Assembly (NCBI GenBank): GCA_037382165.1
Contig: JARRQC010000006.1
Coordinates: 1-45,001 of the forward strand
Reading direction: 5' to 3'
Source: a bacterium
GTDB lineage: Bacteria; Bacteroidota; Bacteroidia; Bacteroidales; F082
DNA length: 45,001 nucleotides
The translations under genes were made by a program, and so were the position numbers. Within the stretch, counting starts at the first letter, position 1; the number at the start of each line of letters is the position of its first letter. Shown piece by piece: positions 1 through 10,125 of the stretch. Below the pieces are notes generated by a model. The model saw only the letters and a program-made list of their open reading frames with translations. It searched no databases and was not told the DNA's origin.

Positions 1-308
1 CGCACGGTGCTACCCTGAGCATTGCCTACATAGCATGGCTGAAATTGCATAGCACGCGCTGTGCCGACAGGATCATCAAACTGGGAAAAGGTCTGTTTGG
101 GGTGGATAATGTCGATGATACGATCTCTTCCCTGGAAGCATTCTTCAGGAAAATCACCTCTCCCACGAGCCTTCAGGATGAAGGTATTTCTCCCGAAGAA
201 GCCGGTAAGATCAATAAGCAACTGATTCATAACAAGGTCAGTGGCCAGCATTATCAATTATCACGCGATGACTATGAGCATATTACAAATCTCATGTTTG
301 GTAATTGA
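1..308 (+). CDS. Iron-containing (group III) alcohol dehydrogenase, C-terminal fragment; the 5' end lies upstream of the window
   Basis: Frame 3 is open from base 3. The translation HGATLSIAYIAWLK...GISPEEAGKINKQLIHNKV resembles the C-terminal helical domain of Fe-ADH/YqhD-like enzymes. Stop at 306-308. Confidence 0.55.
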   Translation, partial: HGATLSIAYIAWLKLHSTRCADRIIKLGKGLFGVDNVDDTISSLEAFFRKITSPTSLQDEGISPEEAGKINKQLIHNKVSGQHYQLSRDDYEHITNLMFGN

Positions 309-313
309 TTTGT

Positions 314-877
314 ATGAAAAAGGCTAAAGACAGGTTTGTAACGCGTTATCGTGAGGGATATACTCCCTGGGCCCATAAGAAGGCAGATTTCAACCTGGTG
401 AACATGGTCAGGGAATGGCCTGTAAAGCCCCGGAGGGTGCTGGAGATGGGATGTGGATTGGGAACGGATGCGATCTGGATGGCGGAACAGGGATTTGAAG
501 TTACCGCCGTCGACGCGGTGGATATTGCTATTCAAATGGCCCGTAAAGTGCCGGGAGCGGATAAAGTTCGTTTTCTGGTCCGTGATTTTATGCATGAAGA
601 AATCCCCGGAGGTCCTTTCGATTTTGTCTTCGACAGGGGATTCTTCCACTCTTTCGATACTGAACGAGACCGGAAGGCCATTGCAAAGAAAGTGGCTTCC
701 CTGCTGGATGGTAACGGCTACTGGCTAAGCCTGCTGGGCAGTTGTGATTCGCCGCCCAGGGATAGCGGTCCCCCGATGCGCTCAGCCAGGGATATTGTCA
801 ATGCTGTCGAACCTTTTTTTGAGATTAAACTGCTGAAGCCGAGCATATTCGGGTCGGAAAGCCTAATTATACTTTGA
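314..877 (+). CDS. Class I SAM-dependent methyltransferase (TPMT/TehB-like)
   Basis: VLEMGCGLGTDAIWMAEQGFEVTAVD is the GxGxG SAM motif followed by an acidic residue at the end of beta-2. ATG at 314 is preferred over the TTG at 305 used by the ORF track. Confidence 0.75.
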   Translation: MKKAKDRFVTRYREGYTPWAHKKADFNLVNMVREWPVKPRRVLEMGCGLGTDAIWMAEQGFEVTAVDAVDIAIQMARKVPGADKVRFLVRDFMHEEIPGGPFDFVFDRGFFHSFDTERDRKAIAKKVASLLDGNGYWLSLLGSCDSPPRDSGPPMRSARDIVNAVEPFFEIKLLKPSIFGSESLIIL

Positions 878-935
878 AGGTTATTTACTATCTTGCAGGT
901 AGTAACGTTTGGCGCCGATTTCCGACCGATCCTGC

Positions 936-1499
936 ATGATATTCGACAAATCCTTCATAGATAAGCTCCGGAAAAATGATGAAAAGGCACAGAAGGCTTT
1001 TTATCAGAAACTGGCTCCTAAAATGTATGGTATCTGCCTGCGTTTTGCTGCCGACCGGGCCGAAGCCGACGATATTTTGCAGGAGGGATTTATTCGTGTG
1101 TTTACACATTTGAAGGATTTTCGCGGTGATGGATCGCTTGAAGGATGGGTCAGAAGGACAATCGTGAATACCGCGATCAACTCTTACAAGAAAAGGGTGA
1201 AGCGGGGGATGCCGACAGACCTCTCGTTCATAAGGGAAAAGGTGGATGACAGTTCTCATATTATTGAACAGATGGCAGCAGAAGAGTTGATGGAATTGAT
1301 AAGCAGCCTGCCTGATGGATACCGGACTGTTTTCAACCTCAATGTGATTGAAGGTTATACACACAAAGAGATCGGTGAGATGCTGAATATTTCGGAGAAT
1401 ACCTCCAAATCACAATTGTCAAGAGCCAGAACGTCGCTGCAGAAAAAGTTGAAAAACCTCAAGGAAAAAGAAAAAATTGGAAAATCCAGCAAACAATGA
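936..1499 (+). CDS. ECF-type RNA polymerase sigma-70 family factor
   Basis: Region 2 (ADDILQEGFIRVF, GWVRRTIVNTAIN) and region 4 (YRTVFNLNVIEGYTHKEIGEMLNISENTSKSQLSRAR) are recognisable. ATG at 936 is preferred over TTG at 909. Confidence 0.85.
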   Translation: MIFDKSFIDKLRKNDEKAQKAFYQKLAPKMYGICLRFAADRAEADDILQEGFIRVFTHLKDFRGDGSLEGWVRRTIVNTAINSYKKRVKRGMPTDLSFIREKVDDSSHIIEQMAAEELMELISSLPDGYRTVFNLNVIEGYTHKEIGEMLNISENTSKSQLSRARTSLQKKLKNLKEKEKIGKSSKQ

Positions 1500-2838
1500 C
1501 CGGTTGATCCGGGAAAAGTTCGAGCATTACAGCCCGGCCCCACCTGCCCATATCTGGGAGGGGATTCAGGCCGGTATTGCTACCGGGGCTACCCCCGGAT
1601 TTTTCAGCTTGCATGGCAGGAAGATCGCCGCTGCGGCAGCTATCCTGTTGCTTGTCAGTCTGGGACTCTGGCTAACCATACCTGCAGGTAGTGAATCTGA
1701 TACGTCAGAAGATATCTCTCGCATAGAACAGGACAACGCCTCCCAAAAAGCAGGACAGCTGTCGGAAAGTACGGACGAATTGCCACAGCAAGAAACGAAA
1801 ACCACTACGGACGAACCGGATGATGATACCCGGGATGAGGTGATGCTTACGGAAGAAAATGAAAGTTATACTGAGGATACGGGAGAAAAACCTGCAGCGG
1901 AAGTCCCGGTTCCTTCGGTAAATGATATTGATGTCCTTGCGGCATCTGATAAAACCCTGCAAAAACAAGAAGAAACTGGTACAGCAGACATTTCAACACC
2001 GGAAAGAGAAAACACGGGTATTGTCCAGGTCAATACGCTGCCTGCCGCCGACCGTCACCTGGATAATGAGGTGCATGCCTCATATATCAGCAGGGATGAA
2101 ACAGTCAAACCGCTCACTTTCGAAAATCAAAAACCATCCGGCAGCAAATGGTCCCATGGCATCTATTTCTCGCCGGAAATCGCCCTGCTTGATTTTGACT
2201 CCATTCGAATATTGCCTGCCTATGCCCTGAACTATGAACCTGCCTTTCATTTCAGCAACCACTGGTTCATCAGGTTTGGCGCCGGTGTGAACTATGCCCG
2301 CGAAAGAGGTTTTGCAAAAGTGGATTATATTGCCAATGAAGTGGTTGGAAGTTATGAGGATGTGTATGAGGTTACTTTCGATACGATCGGGGGTACCGTC
2401 GTTCCCACTTTTCATACCAAAACCACAGATGTATGGGATTCGGTCAGGCATCTGCAGGTCACGGAGGTCACCAATGAATATCTGTATCTTCAGGCCCCTG
2501 TTTTATTCGGTTATTACAACCGGAATCCGAAATTCAACTGGTACTTTTACGGAGGTCCTGCTTTTAACCTGATGATGGTCCGTTCGATCGAGAAACCGGA
2601 AGAAAACATTTCGCAAGCTGAAATCATCAACCTGGAAAATAACCTGCCCAACCGTTCCGATTTCTATATGCAATTGTGGCTGGGTGCAGGCATAGAATAT
2701 AAACTCGGCCGAAATGTCGCACTGGCCCTGGAGCCGAGCTACCGTTATCATTTCAGACAGGTATATAACGATACACGTATAAATTCTGCCCTTTCAGGAT
2801 TTTCCCTGAGGGTGGGAGTGGTTTTAAATGTAAATTAA
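1477..2838 (+). CDS. Sigma-adjacent membrane protein: anti-sigma-like N-terminus, one TM helix, acidic low-complexity linker, C-terminal outer-membrane beta-barrel-like domain
   Basis: It overlaps the sigma stop by 23 nt. The frame has no ATG before residue 123, so a TTG start at 1477 is assumed. TM segment AAAAAILLLVSLGLWLTI. D/E/T-rich region at about aa 70-200. The C-terminus has alternating aromatic/polar strands (SGFSLRVGVVLNVN). Confidence 0.55.
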   Translation: MENPANNDRLIREKFEHYSPAPPAHIWEGIQAGIATGATPGFFSLHGRKIAAAAAILLLVSLGLWLTIPAGSESDTSEDISRIEQDNASQKAGQLSESTDELPQQETKTTTDEPDDDTRDEVMLTEENESYTEDTGEKPAAEVPVPSVNDIDVLAASDKTLQKQEETGTADISTPERENTGIVQVNTLPAADRHLDNEVHASYISRDETVKPLTFENQKPSGSKWSHGIYFSPEIALLDFDSIRILPAYALNYEPAFHFSNHWFIRFGAGVNYARERGFAKVDYIANEVVGSYEDVYEVTFDTIGGTVVPTFHTKTTDVWDSVRHLQVTEVTNEYLYLQAPVLFGYYNRNPKFNWYFYGGPAFNLMMVRSIEKPEENISQAEIINLENNLPNRSDFYMQLWLGAGIEYKLGRNVALALEPSYRYHFRQVYNDTRINSALSGFSLRVGVVLNVN

Positions 2839-2845
2839 GCTTTGT

Positions 2846-4417
2846 ATGAAACAAACTTACCATAAATTCCCTTTTTATCTTTTCCTTTCCCTGCTGGCAA
2901 TGACTCTGTTGCCATCCATCCATCTTTTTGCAACCGAGGGAGAGAATACGGTACTTATTATGGGACAGGTCAAAACAGCGGAACACGGGTATCCCGTGAT
3001 AGGTCATACAGTCTATATCACCAATGATTCGTTGGGGTTGAACAACTTTCAGTATTACAAAGAACTGACCACCAATTCGGATGGATACTATTACGATACC
3101 ATCACCACGGAATTCTATTCCGGGTCTTTTCTGATCTATACTTACGGACCTCAGAATATGCGGTTAGACACCTCGGTATTCTTTCGCTTTGCGGAAAACC
3201 AGAACGACAACATCTTCGTCGTGAATTTTTCCCTGTTGAAAGATGCCACCAGCAACAACCTCCAGGCCAGCTTTGACTATGCCAATGTTGAATCAGAAGG
3301 TAAACTGAACTATGCCTTTTACGACAGGACCAAATGCGATGAGATCATTAAATGGGTATGGACCTTCGGAGACGGGGCCATTTCACTGGAACAAAACCCC
3401 CATCACACCTACCCGGCCCCCGGGCTGTATACTGTCAGTCTTACCGTTACAGGATATATGGAAGGAGAACTCGAAGTAAATACCACGTACCAGTATCTGT
3501 TCATTCCTGAGTTCAGCTATTACCACATGGGAGGGCACTGCTTTGCCGGTCTCTTCCCGATCGATAAAGGGCTGGCACAAATTTATCGTATTGAGGGAGA
3601 AGAGGTTTACAAATATGACACCACCAGTATCGATACATTGGGATATTTCTATTTCTACCAGGTGGCAGAAGGGGAGTATTATGTCAAGGTACAACCCTCT
3701 AAACATTCCTCTTCCTATGGAGCAATGATCCCGACCTATTACGGTGATGAGCAGTTTTGGGAAGATGCCATTGTAATTAACCATTACAAAACCGATTTTG
3801 AATATGATGTTCATCTCATTGAAGGTGCGGGTATGCCTGCCGGCGATGGCCTGATCTCAGGAACCGTTACGGATGAGACCGGCGGTAAAAACCTCGCAGG
3901 TGAAGATACCCGTGGAGTGGATATCTATCTGATGGATAAATATGAGAATTTGCTCACCTGCCGCTACACAGACCATAACAGCTGTTTTGAATTTGACAAC
4001 ATTCCGCTGGACACCTATTACCTTGTTCCGGAGATCACCGGAAAACCCACTACCAAAACCCGGATCACCCTTAATGAGGACATCCCAGAAAGGGATGAAA
4101 TATCCATTAATATTGAAACCGGTGAAGTTGTGCTGAGCGATGGCATTGATCTATATAGCAACAGCTATCTCGGATCGCCATACCCCAACCCGGCAAAGGA
4201 GAGGATAAGCATGCAAATCCGCATGGAGGATAATTGCGATGCTGTCATACAAGTCTTTGACCTGAATGGAAAACTGATGAAATCCCTTACGGAAATGCTG
4301 CCCACAGGACAATATATCCTGTCTTTTGAAACCTCAGCATTACAAAATGGAATCTACCTGATACGGGTGAACATGGGAGGAACCACGCACGAACAAAAGT
4401 TCATGGTAAGCCGTTAA
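2846..4417 (+). CDS. Secreted PKD-domain protein with T9SS C-terminal sorting domain
   Basis: Signal peptide. PKD signature [32 protein letters not shown]. The C-terminal 80 aa ([13 protein letters not shown]...[22 protein letters not shown]) match the Por secretion tail pattern. Confidence 0.8.
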   Translation: MKQTYHKFPFYLFLSLLAMTLLPSIHLFATEGENTVLIMGQVKTAEHGYPVIGHTVYITNDSLGLNNFQYYKELTTNSDGYYYDTITTEFYSGSFLIYTYGPQNMRLDTSVFFRFAENQNDNIFVVNFSLLKDATSNNLQASFDYANVESEGKLNYAFYDRTKCDEIIKWVWTFGDGAISLEQNPHHTYPAPGLYTVSLTVTGYMEGELEVNTTYQYLFIPEFSYYHMGGHCFAGLFPIDKGLAQIYRIEGEEVYKYDTTSIDTLGYFYFYQVAEGEYYVKVQPSKHSSSYGAMIPTYYGDEQFWEDAIVINHYKTDFEYDVHLIEGAGMPAGDGLISGTVTDETGGKNLAGEDTRGVDIYLMDKYENLLTCRYTDHNSCFEFDNIPLDTYYLVPEITGKPTTKTRITLNEDIPERDEISINIETGEVVLSDGIDLYSNSYLGSPYPNPAKERISMQIRMEDNCDAVIQVFDLNGKLMKSLTEMLPTGQYILSFETSALQNGIYLIRVNMGGTTHEQKFMVSR

Positions 4418-5880
4418 TTGATTTCCCAGCTTGATCCCTCACGGGAATCTTTAATTTCAATATTCAGTTTCGTCAGTTCGTCACGGATCTGATCAGCAGT
4501 AGTATAATCTTTTCTGTCCTTGGCCTGTTGCCTTATCCTGAGGATGGTTTCCATCAAACTGTCCACGAGGGAAGCATTGTCCTGGCTGGTTTCATCCCGT
4601 ATACCCAGTATGTCGAAAAGGTAAAGCTCAAAAATCTCCCTGGCCTTCTCAATATCACCTGCGGTCAGGCTTTGCTTTCCGTCATTCACCTGGTTCAACA
4701 GGCGTGCCAGGTCAAAAAGGTGCGACAGGGTAATCGGTGTGTTGAAATCGTCATTCATGGCTTCCTGGCAAAGGGTTTCAAATTTGGTCACCTCCACGGT
4801 TGACTTTTCTGAGGGCTTGAGCCTGGAAAGCAGATGGTAGGCATCCAATAGTTTATGCATACCTTTTTCAGCAGCCATCAGGGATTCATTAGAAAAATCC
4901 AGGGTGCTGCGATAATGCGCCTGCAGCATAAAAAAGCGTATGGTCATCGGGCTGTAAGCCTGATCAAGGGCTTCGTGATTTCCTGTAAAGAACTCCTCCA
5001 GCGTGATGAAATTGTTGAGGGATTTGCCCATCTTCTGCCCATTGATGGTGATCAGGTTGTTGTGCATCCAATATCGGGCGGGATCATGTCCGGAGGCGGC
5101 ATTCGACTGGGCGATTTCACATTCGTGATGGGGGAAAAGCAGATCCATGCCCCCACCATGGATGTCAAAGGTCTCACCCAGGTATTTCCTTCCCATGGCG
5201 GAGCACTCCAGGTGCCATCCGGGGTATCCGTCACTCCAGGGGGAAGGCCATCGCATGATATGCTTGTCATCTGCTTTTTTCCAGAGGGCAAAATCAAAGC
5301 TGTGCTGCTTTTCCTGCTGACCCGCCAATTCCCTGGTATATTGGAGTAAATCCTCTATCTTCCTTCCTGACAATTTACCGTAATGGTATGTAGCATTGTA
5401 CTTTTCCACGTCGAAATATACAGAGTCATTGCTTTCATAGGCAAATCCACTTTCCAGCAGTTGCTCTACCATTTCTATCTGTTCAATTATATGACCTGAG
5501 GCATTGGGTTCAATGCTGGGTCTGCGCACATTCAGCAGCTGCATATTGTCGTGGTAACGGTCCGTGAAGTATTTTACCACTTCCATGGGCTCCAGCTGCT
5601 CAAGCCTGGCTTTTTTTGTGATCTTGTCCTCACCTTCATCGGCATCGTTCTCCAGGTGTCCCACATCGGTAATGTTGCGTACATAGCGCACCTGGTACCC
5701 CAGGTGTTCGAGATAACGAAAGACAATATCGAAAGTAATGGCCGGTCTGGCATGCCCCAGGTGAGGATCGCCATAGACGGTGGGACCGCAGACATACATA
5801 CCTACTTTCGGTGGATTTAAAGGCTCGAACAACAGCTTTTTACGTTGCAGCGTATCATGAATCATGAGCTGGTTTTCCAT
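4414..5880 (-). CDS. cysS: Cysteine--tRNA ligase
   Basis: Class I aaRS HIGH motif ([10 protein letters not shown]) and KMSKS motif (KMGKSLNNF). Zinc/Cys-binding CGPTVY and HLECSAM. Length 488 aa. Confidence 0.95.
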   Translation of the reverse strand: MENQLMIHDTLQRKKLLFEPLNPPKVGMYVCGPTVYGDPHLGHARPAITFDIVFRYLEHLGYQVRYVRNITDVGHLENDADEGEDKITKKARLEQLEPMEVVKYFTDRYHDNMQLLNVRRPSIEPNASGHIIEQIEMVEQLLESGFAYESNDSVYFDVEKYNATYHYGKLSGRKIEDLLQYTRELAGQQEKQHSFDFALWKKADDKHIMRWPSPWSDGYPGWHLECSAMGRKYLGETFDIHGGGMDLLFPHHECEIAQSNAASGHDPARYWMHNNLITINGQKMGKSLNNFITLEEFFTGNHEALDQAYSPMTIRFFMLQAHYRSTLDFSNESLMAAEKGMHKLLDAYHLLSRLKPSEKSTVEVTKFETLCQEAMNDDFNTPITLSHLFDLARLLNQVNDGKQSLTAGDIEKAREIFELYLFDILGIRDETSQDNASLVDSLMETILRIRQQAKDRKDYTTADQIRDELTKLNIEIKDSREGSSWEIN

Positions 5881-5961
5881 GGCAAATCAATTAGGCTTCA
5901 AAATTAGTAAAACATGAAATAGTATGAAGGGGGAGACAAACCTATGGCTGTAAAAATAAGC

Positions 5962-7074
5962 CTACAGGGGTTTGACAAAACACCGACGGCGCTTGTGCTG
6001 GATATGTTCGTAATTTTTCCAATGTGTGGCGCCTTTCAGGTTGGATTCAAACATACCCGTCGTTTCCACGAACTTCACCCCGTTTTCAATCATCGACTTC
6101 TGCAATTCATTGATAAGGATGGCCGGGAGACCCAGTTTCTGGTATTGGGTATCAACGCCCGTGAGGAGAAGGTCCATTTCTTCCGGATTACTGAGGGCTT
6201 TCTGCAGGTGGAAAATGCCAAAGGGAAACAGTTTCCCCCTGGCCTTTTGCAAGGCTTTGCTTAAGCTGGGTAAACCAATGATGAAACCGACCAGGTTCTT
6301 GTCCTTAAAGATCAACACAATATATTTGGGCTGCAGCACACTGGTATACTTCTTCAGGATAAAATCAATCAACTTTTCAGTGAATGGAGCCACATAAGGA
6401 AGCTCTTCGAAACTTTTTCCAACCAGTTGGAAAAGCTCGTGGCCATACTCCTTGAATTGTTCCTTATTCTCCAGGTGGATAACTTCAAGATTATTCCTTT
6501 TTATGATAATATCCGCCAGGCGCTGTGCTTTTTCAGGCACTTCATTAATGGTCAGCCTGAATTCCACCCAGTCCTCTTCCTTTTTATAGCCCAGGGCTTC
6601 AATATGGTCTTTATAGTAGGGGAAATGCATGACAGATGCCTGGGAGGGCAGATAATCGAAACCCTCGATCAGCAGTCCCTGGTTATCAATATTGGTAAAT
6701 CCCAGAGGGCCGTGCACAGCTTCCATATTCTTTTCCCGAAGCCAGTTTTCAGCCGTTTGGAATAAAAGCGAGGAAACCTCCTTATCATCGATGAATTCAA
6801 CCCGTGAAAACCGACCCATCCTGCGGTTTATCTTTTCATTGTAGGCATGATTGATAATAGCACCGATACGACCGGCAAGACGGTTATCTTTCCAGGCAGT
6901 CCAGAATTTCGCATCACAAAATTCGTAGGCCGGATTGGATTTGGGGAGGAGCAGTTCAAGTTCCCCTTTTTTCAACGGAGGTACCCAATAGGGATGATCC
7001 TTGTACAGCTTAAAAGGAAAATCAACGAATTGTTTGTAATCCCTGGCGGATTTAACCTCCCTGATCTGAATCAT
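5962..7074 (-). CDS. Uncharacterised GNAT-fold acyltransferase-like protein
   Basis: 370-aa ORF with a Bacteroidota-typical N-terminus FVDFPFKLYKDHPYWVPPL. The ATG at 7074 (MIQIREV) is preferred over the upstream start at 7101. Function is not inferable from sequence alone. Confidence 0.5.
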   Translation of the reverse strand: MIQIREVKSARDYKQFVDFPFKLYKDHPYWVPPLKKGELELLLPKSNPAYEFCDAKFWTAWKDNRLAGRIGAIINHAYNEKINRRMGRFSRVEFIDDKEVSSLLFQTAENWLREKNMEAVHGPLGFTNIDNQGLLIEGFDYLPSQASVMHFPYYKDHIEALGYKKEEDWVEFRLTINEVPEKAQRLADIIIKRNNLEVIHLENKEQFKEYGHELFQLVGKSFEELPYVAPFTEKLIDFILKKYTSVLQPKYIVLIFKDKNLVGFIIGLPSLSKALQKARGKLFPFGIFHLQKALSNPEEMDLLLTGVDTQYQKLGLPAILINELQKSMIENGVKFVETTGMFESNLKGATHWKNYEHIQHKRRRCFVKPL

Positions 7075-7170
7075 AATTATCCCCTGATATAGGTTGGGCA
7101 AAGGTAAAGCTAAAGGCAGTCTTTTCCTAAAAATGACTGATATTTAGAACCAATAAACCGTCTGAATTAA

Positions 7171-7178
7171 TACTTTTG
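7171..7178 (+). promoter_or_regulatory. Bacteroidota-type -7 promoter box TACTTTTG upstream of tdh
   Basis: Exact match to TAnnTTTG, 33 nt upstream of the ATG at 7211. No clear -33 element. Confidence 0.35.
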
Positions 7179-7210
7179 CGTTACGTACACGGATTTAAAT
7201 TGCTCCCTTG

Positions 7211-8164
7211 ATGGAAAGAATACTGGTTATTGGAAGCTCCGGGCAGATCGGTTCGGAACTGGTACTGGCATTGCGTAAAGAATACGGGAATGTCAATGTT
7301 TTCGCAACAGATATCAAACAACCTACGGATGAAGTGCTCTTTGGCGGACCCTTCCAGATCCTGGATGTGCTGGACTACAAAAACCTGTTGCATTTCCTGG
7401 TGCGTCATAAGATCACCGCGGTCTATAACCTGGCAGCGGTGCTTTCCGGAAATGCCGAAAAGATACCGCTTCAGGCCTGGGATATCAACATGAGGGCCCT
7501 GATGAATACCCTGGAAGCAGCCCGGCAATCAGATGCAAAAAAATTGTTCTGGCCAAGTTCAATAGCGGTCTTTGGCCCTACTACGCCCGGGCACAACACA
7601 CCTAAACTGACGGTCATGGAACCCAATACCGTTTACGGCATATCCAAACTTGCCGGTGAAAGATGGGGCGAATATTTTTACCAGCGCTATGGCATAGACA
7701 TGCGGAGTGTCAGATATCCCGGACTGATCAGCTATAAGACGGAACCGGGAGGCGGAACAACAGATTTTGCTGTTGAAATATTCTTTGAAGCCATCAAAAA
7801 AGGACACTATGAATGCTTTGTTCGGGAAGATACCGCGCTGCCCATGATGTTCATGGATGACGCCATTGACAATACCATCAGGCTGATGCAGGCCGACAGT
7901 GATCGACTGAGCATACGGTCCAGCTACAATATGGCGGGCATTTCATTCTCCGCCGGTGAACTTGCCGGAGAGATCAAAAAGAGAATGCCGGAATTCACCA
8001 TCGATTATCAGCCGGATTTCAGACAGGCCATCGCAGACAGCTGGCCGGCAAGTATCGATGATAACATTGCCAGGGATGACTGGGGGCTTTCTGTAAAATA
8101 TGACCTGGAGAAGATCACTGACCTGATGCTTGAGAAGGTCAGGGAAAAGCTGACTGAAAAATAG
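7211..8164 (+). CDS. tdh: SDR/epimerase-fold L-threonine 3-dehydrogenase
   Basis: GSSGQIGSELV Rossmann motif and YGISKLAGE catalytic YxxxK. Long colinear resemblance to archaeal/flavobacterial short-chain TDH (RSVRYPGLISYKTEPGGGTTDFAVEIF..., PEFTIDYQPDFRQAIADSWPASIDD). Confidence 0.8.
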   Translation: MERILVIGSSGQIGSELVLALRKEYGNVNVFATDIKQPTDEVLFGGPFQILDVLDYKNLLHFLVRHKITAVYNLAAVLSGNAEKIPLQAWDINMRALMNTLEAARQSDAKKLFWPSSIAVFGPTTPGHNTPKLTVMEPNTVYGISKLAGERWGEYFYQRYGIDMRSVRYPGLISYKTEPGGGTTDFAVEIFFEAIKKGHYECFVREDTALPMMFMDDAIDNTIRLMQADSDRLSIRSSYNMAGISFSAGELAGEIKKRMPEFTIDYQPDFRQAIADSWPASIDDNIARDDWGLSVKYDLEKITDLMLEKVREKLTEK

Positions 8165-8196
8165 CCGGGCAATTTCCCTATTTTAGCGACGTAAAA

Positions 8197-9057
8197 ATGA
8201 CATCCAAAGAAGAAAGGTATTACCGCAGAAGGGTAAACAGTTCCTATATTACCTCCGTGATCAGCATCACCCTGGTGCTCTTTACGCTGGGTTTCCTGGG
8301 GCTGATCCTGTTGCATGCCAGTACGCTTTCGCGTTATATCAGGGAGAATATTGGTTTTGAGATCATCATGGAACCTGGCACTAAAGAAGCTGATATTGTC
8401 TATCTCCAGAAAATGCTGGATACAAAGCCTTATGTAAAAACCACAGAATACATCACCCGCGAGGAAGCGGCAGCCCGCCTGAAGGAAATGCTTGGTGAAG
8501 ATTTTATCAGTTTTTTGGGAGATGAAGACAATCCCCTGCTGCCCTCGATCGATGTCCGCTTTCACGCAGACTGGGCCAACAATGACAGCCTGGCAGTAAT
8601 AGAACAATCGATCCTTTCCGATGACCACGTCAAAGAAGTGTATTACCAAAAATCACTTGTACATCTTATCAACAACAATATCCGGAAAATCAGCCTGGTC
8701 TTGCTTGTTTTCAGCATCATGCTGCTGCTGATCGCCGTGGCGCTGATCAACAATACCATCCGGCTGATGGTCTTTTCCAAACGGTTCATTATACGAAGCA
8801 TGCAATTGGTTGGGGCTACCCGTTCTTTTATCCGGAGACCGTTTATACTGAAATCGATCCTTCAGGGTGTCCTCAGTGCCATCCTTGCCCTGGCCATGCT
8901 GACAGGTATGCTGGCCATGCTGGTCCAGAACCTGCCTGAACTGCGGCTCCTGACCAGCCCGATGAAAATGGCCTACCTGTATGCTTTCGTATTGATGCTG
9001 GGAATCATCGTGTCGGGCTTTTCCACGAGATTTGCCGTTTCAAGAAGGATAAAATGA
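8197..9057 (+). CDS. ftsX: Cell division permease-like protein FtsX
   Basis: N-terminal TM helix, a periplasmic loop of about 100 aa, then three C-terminal TM helices (FtsX topology). Conserved synteny with DUF3098 and uppP. Confidence 0.8.
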   Translation: MTSKEERYYRRRVNSSYITSVISITLVLFTLGFLGLILLHASTLSRYIRENIGFEIIMEPGTKEADIVYLQKMLDTKPYVKTTEYITREEAAARLKEMLGEDFISFLGDEDNPLLPSIDVRFHADWANNDSLAVIEQSILSDDHVKEVYYQKSLVHLINNNIRKISLVLLVFSIMLLLIAVALINNTIRLMVFSKRFIIRSMQLVGATRSFIRRPFILKSILQGVLSAILALAMLTGMLAMLVQNLPELRLLTSPMKMAYLYAFVLMLGIIVSGFSTRFAVSRRIK

Positions 9058-9305
9058 AAAGTGCTAAGAAAGAAAGAACCAGGCAATTTGCCTTCCATAA
9101 ACAGAATTATATCCTGCTTATCACAGGACTTGTCATCCTTGGATTGGGTTTCTTACTGATGATCGGAGGCGGATCCGATGATCCCAATGTTTTCAGTGAT
9201 GCACTTTTTGATTTCCAGCGGCTGACACTCGCCCCCATCCTGTTGCTCATAGGTTATATCGTCGAGATCGTCGCGATCCTATACCGGCCGGGAACAAAAC
9301 CATAA
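9054..9305 (+). CDS. Small two-TM membrane protein (DUF3098-like)
   Basis: 83 aa with two hydrophobic helices. ATGA overlap with the ftsX stop. This position between ftsX and uppP is typical of Bacteroidota. Confidence 0.6.
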   Translation: MKSAKKERTRQFAFHKQNYILLITGLVILGLGFLLMIGGGSDDPNVFSDALFDFQRLTLAPILLLIGYIVEIVAILYRPGTKP

Positions 9306-9320
9306 TTTTTCCTCCTGCAA

Positions 9321-10124
9321 ATGTCCTGGTTAGAAGCTTTGATACTTGGGTTGATTCAAGGACTTACGGAATTTTTACCCGTAAGCAGCAGCGGTCATCT
9401 TGAACTGGGGAAAGAAGTATTCAATGCCAGGCTTGCTGCCTCTGACAGTCTCACTTTTGATGTGATCGTTCATGGGGGTACCGCATTGAGTACGATCGTT
9501 GTTTTTTGGAAAGATATCATAAATATCGCCAAAGGGGTATTTGAGTTTACATGGAATGTGGAGACCCGATTTGTCGCACTCATTATCATATCCATGATTC
9601 CGGCTGCTTTGATTGGCCTCGTGTTTGAAGATCAGATCGAACAATTGTTCAGCGGCCAGATACTGCTGGTCGGAACCATGCTTATCATCACAAGTCTCCT
9701 GCTTTACCTGGCAGACAATGCCAAACGGACCCATAAAACTGTAAAACCCATCGATGCTTTTATCATCGGCATTGCCCAGGCGATTGCCATCTTACCCGGG
9801 ATCAGCCGTTCGGGTAGCACCATCGCCACCTCCGTTATGCTGGGTATCAGCCGGAAGCGGGCAGCCAGGTTCTCATTCCTGATGGTCCTGCCCCTGATCA
9901 TCGGTAAGATGATACTGGATGTCAAAGGAATATATGAAACCGGAGGGGCTGATATACAGATCTCTGCACTGGCACTCATTTCAGGATTTTTAGCTGCATT
10001 TATTTCTGGCCTCTTTGCCGTATCGTGGATGATTCGCCTGGTGAGGAAAGCCAAACTGAGGTATTTTGCCTATTACTGTTTTTTGGTTGGCCTGGCAGCC
10101 ATTGTTTATTATGCGTTGAGCTGA
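9321..10124 (+). CDS. uppP: Undecaprenyl-diphosphate phosphatase
   Basis: BacA/UppP motifs LIQGLTEFLPVSSSGHL and PGISRSGSTI. Polytopic membrane protein of 267 aa. Confidence 0.9.
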   Translation: MSWLEALILGLIQGLTEFLPVSSSGHLELGKEVFNARLAASDSLTFDVIVHGGTALSTIVVFWKDIINIAKGVFEFTWNVETRFVALIIISMIPAALIGLVFEDQIEQLFSGQILLVGTMLIITSLLLYLADNAKRTHKTVKPIDAFIIGIAQAIAILPGISRSGSTIATSVMLGISRKRAARFSFLMVLPLIIGKMILDVKGIYETGGADIQISALALISGFLAAFISGLFAVSWMIRLVRKAKLRYFAYYCFLVGLAAIVYYALS

Positions 10125-10125
10125 T

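Noticed and set aside
272-649. Antisense or alternate-frame ORFs in the six-frame track that lie inside strongly supported genes. Examples: 272-649(-), 888-1364(-), 3383-3814(-), 4855-5349(+), 6026-6397(+), 8008-8649(-), 9704-10054(-), 10988-11371(-), 32714-33208(-), 36358-36831(+), 42877-43239(-).
   Set aside because: Each overlaps a gene with clear family motifs on the other strand or frame. None has motifs, signal peptides or plausible starts of its own. They are treated as shadow ORFs.
4414-4417. 4-nt overlap of the convergent stop codons of the T9SS protein and cysS (TTAA).
   Set aside because: A trivial consequence of TAA/TTA complementarity. No hairpin or other signal is associated.
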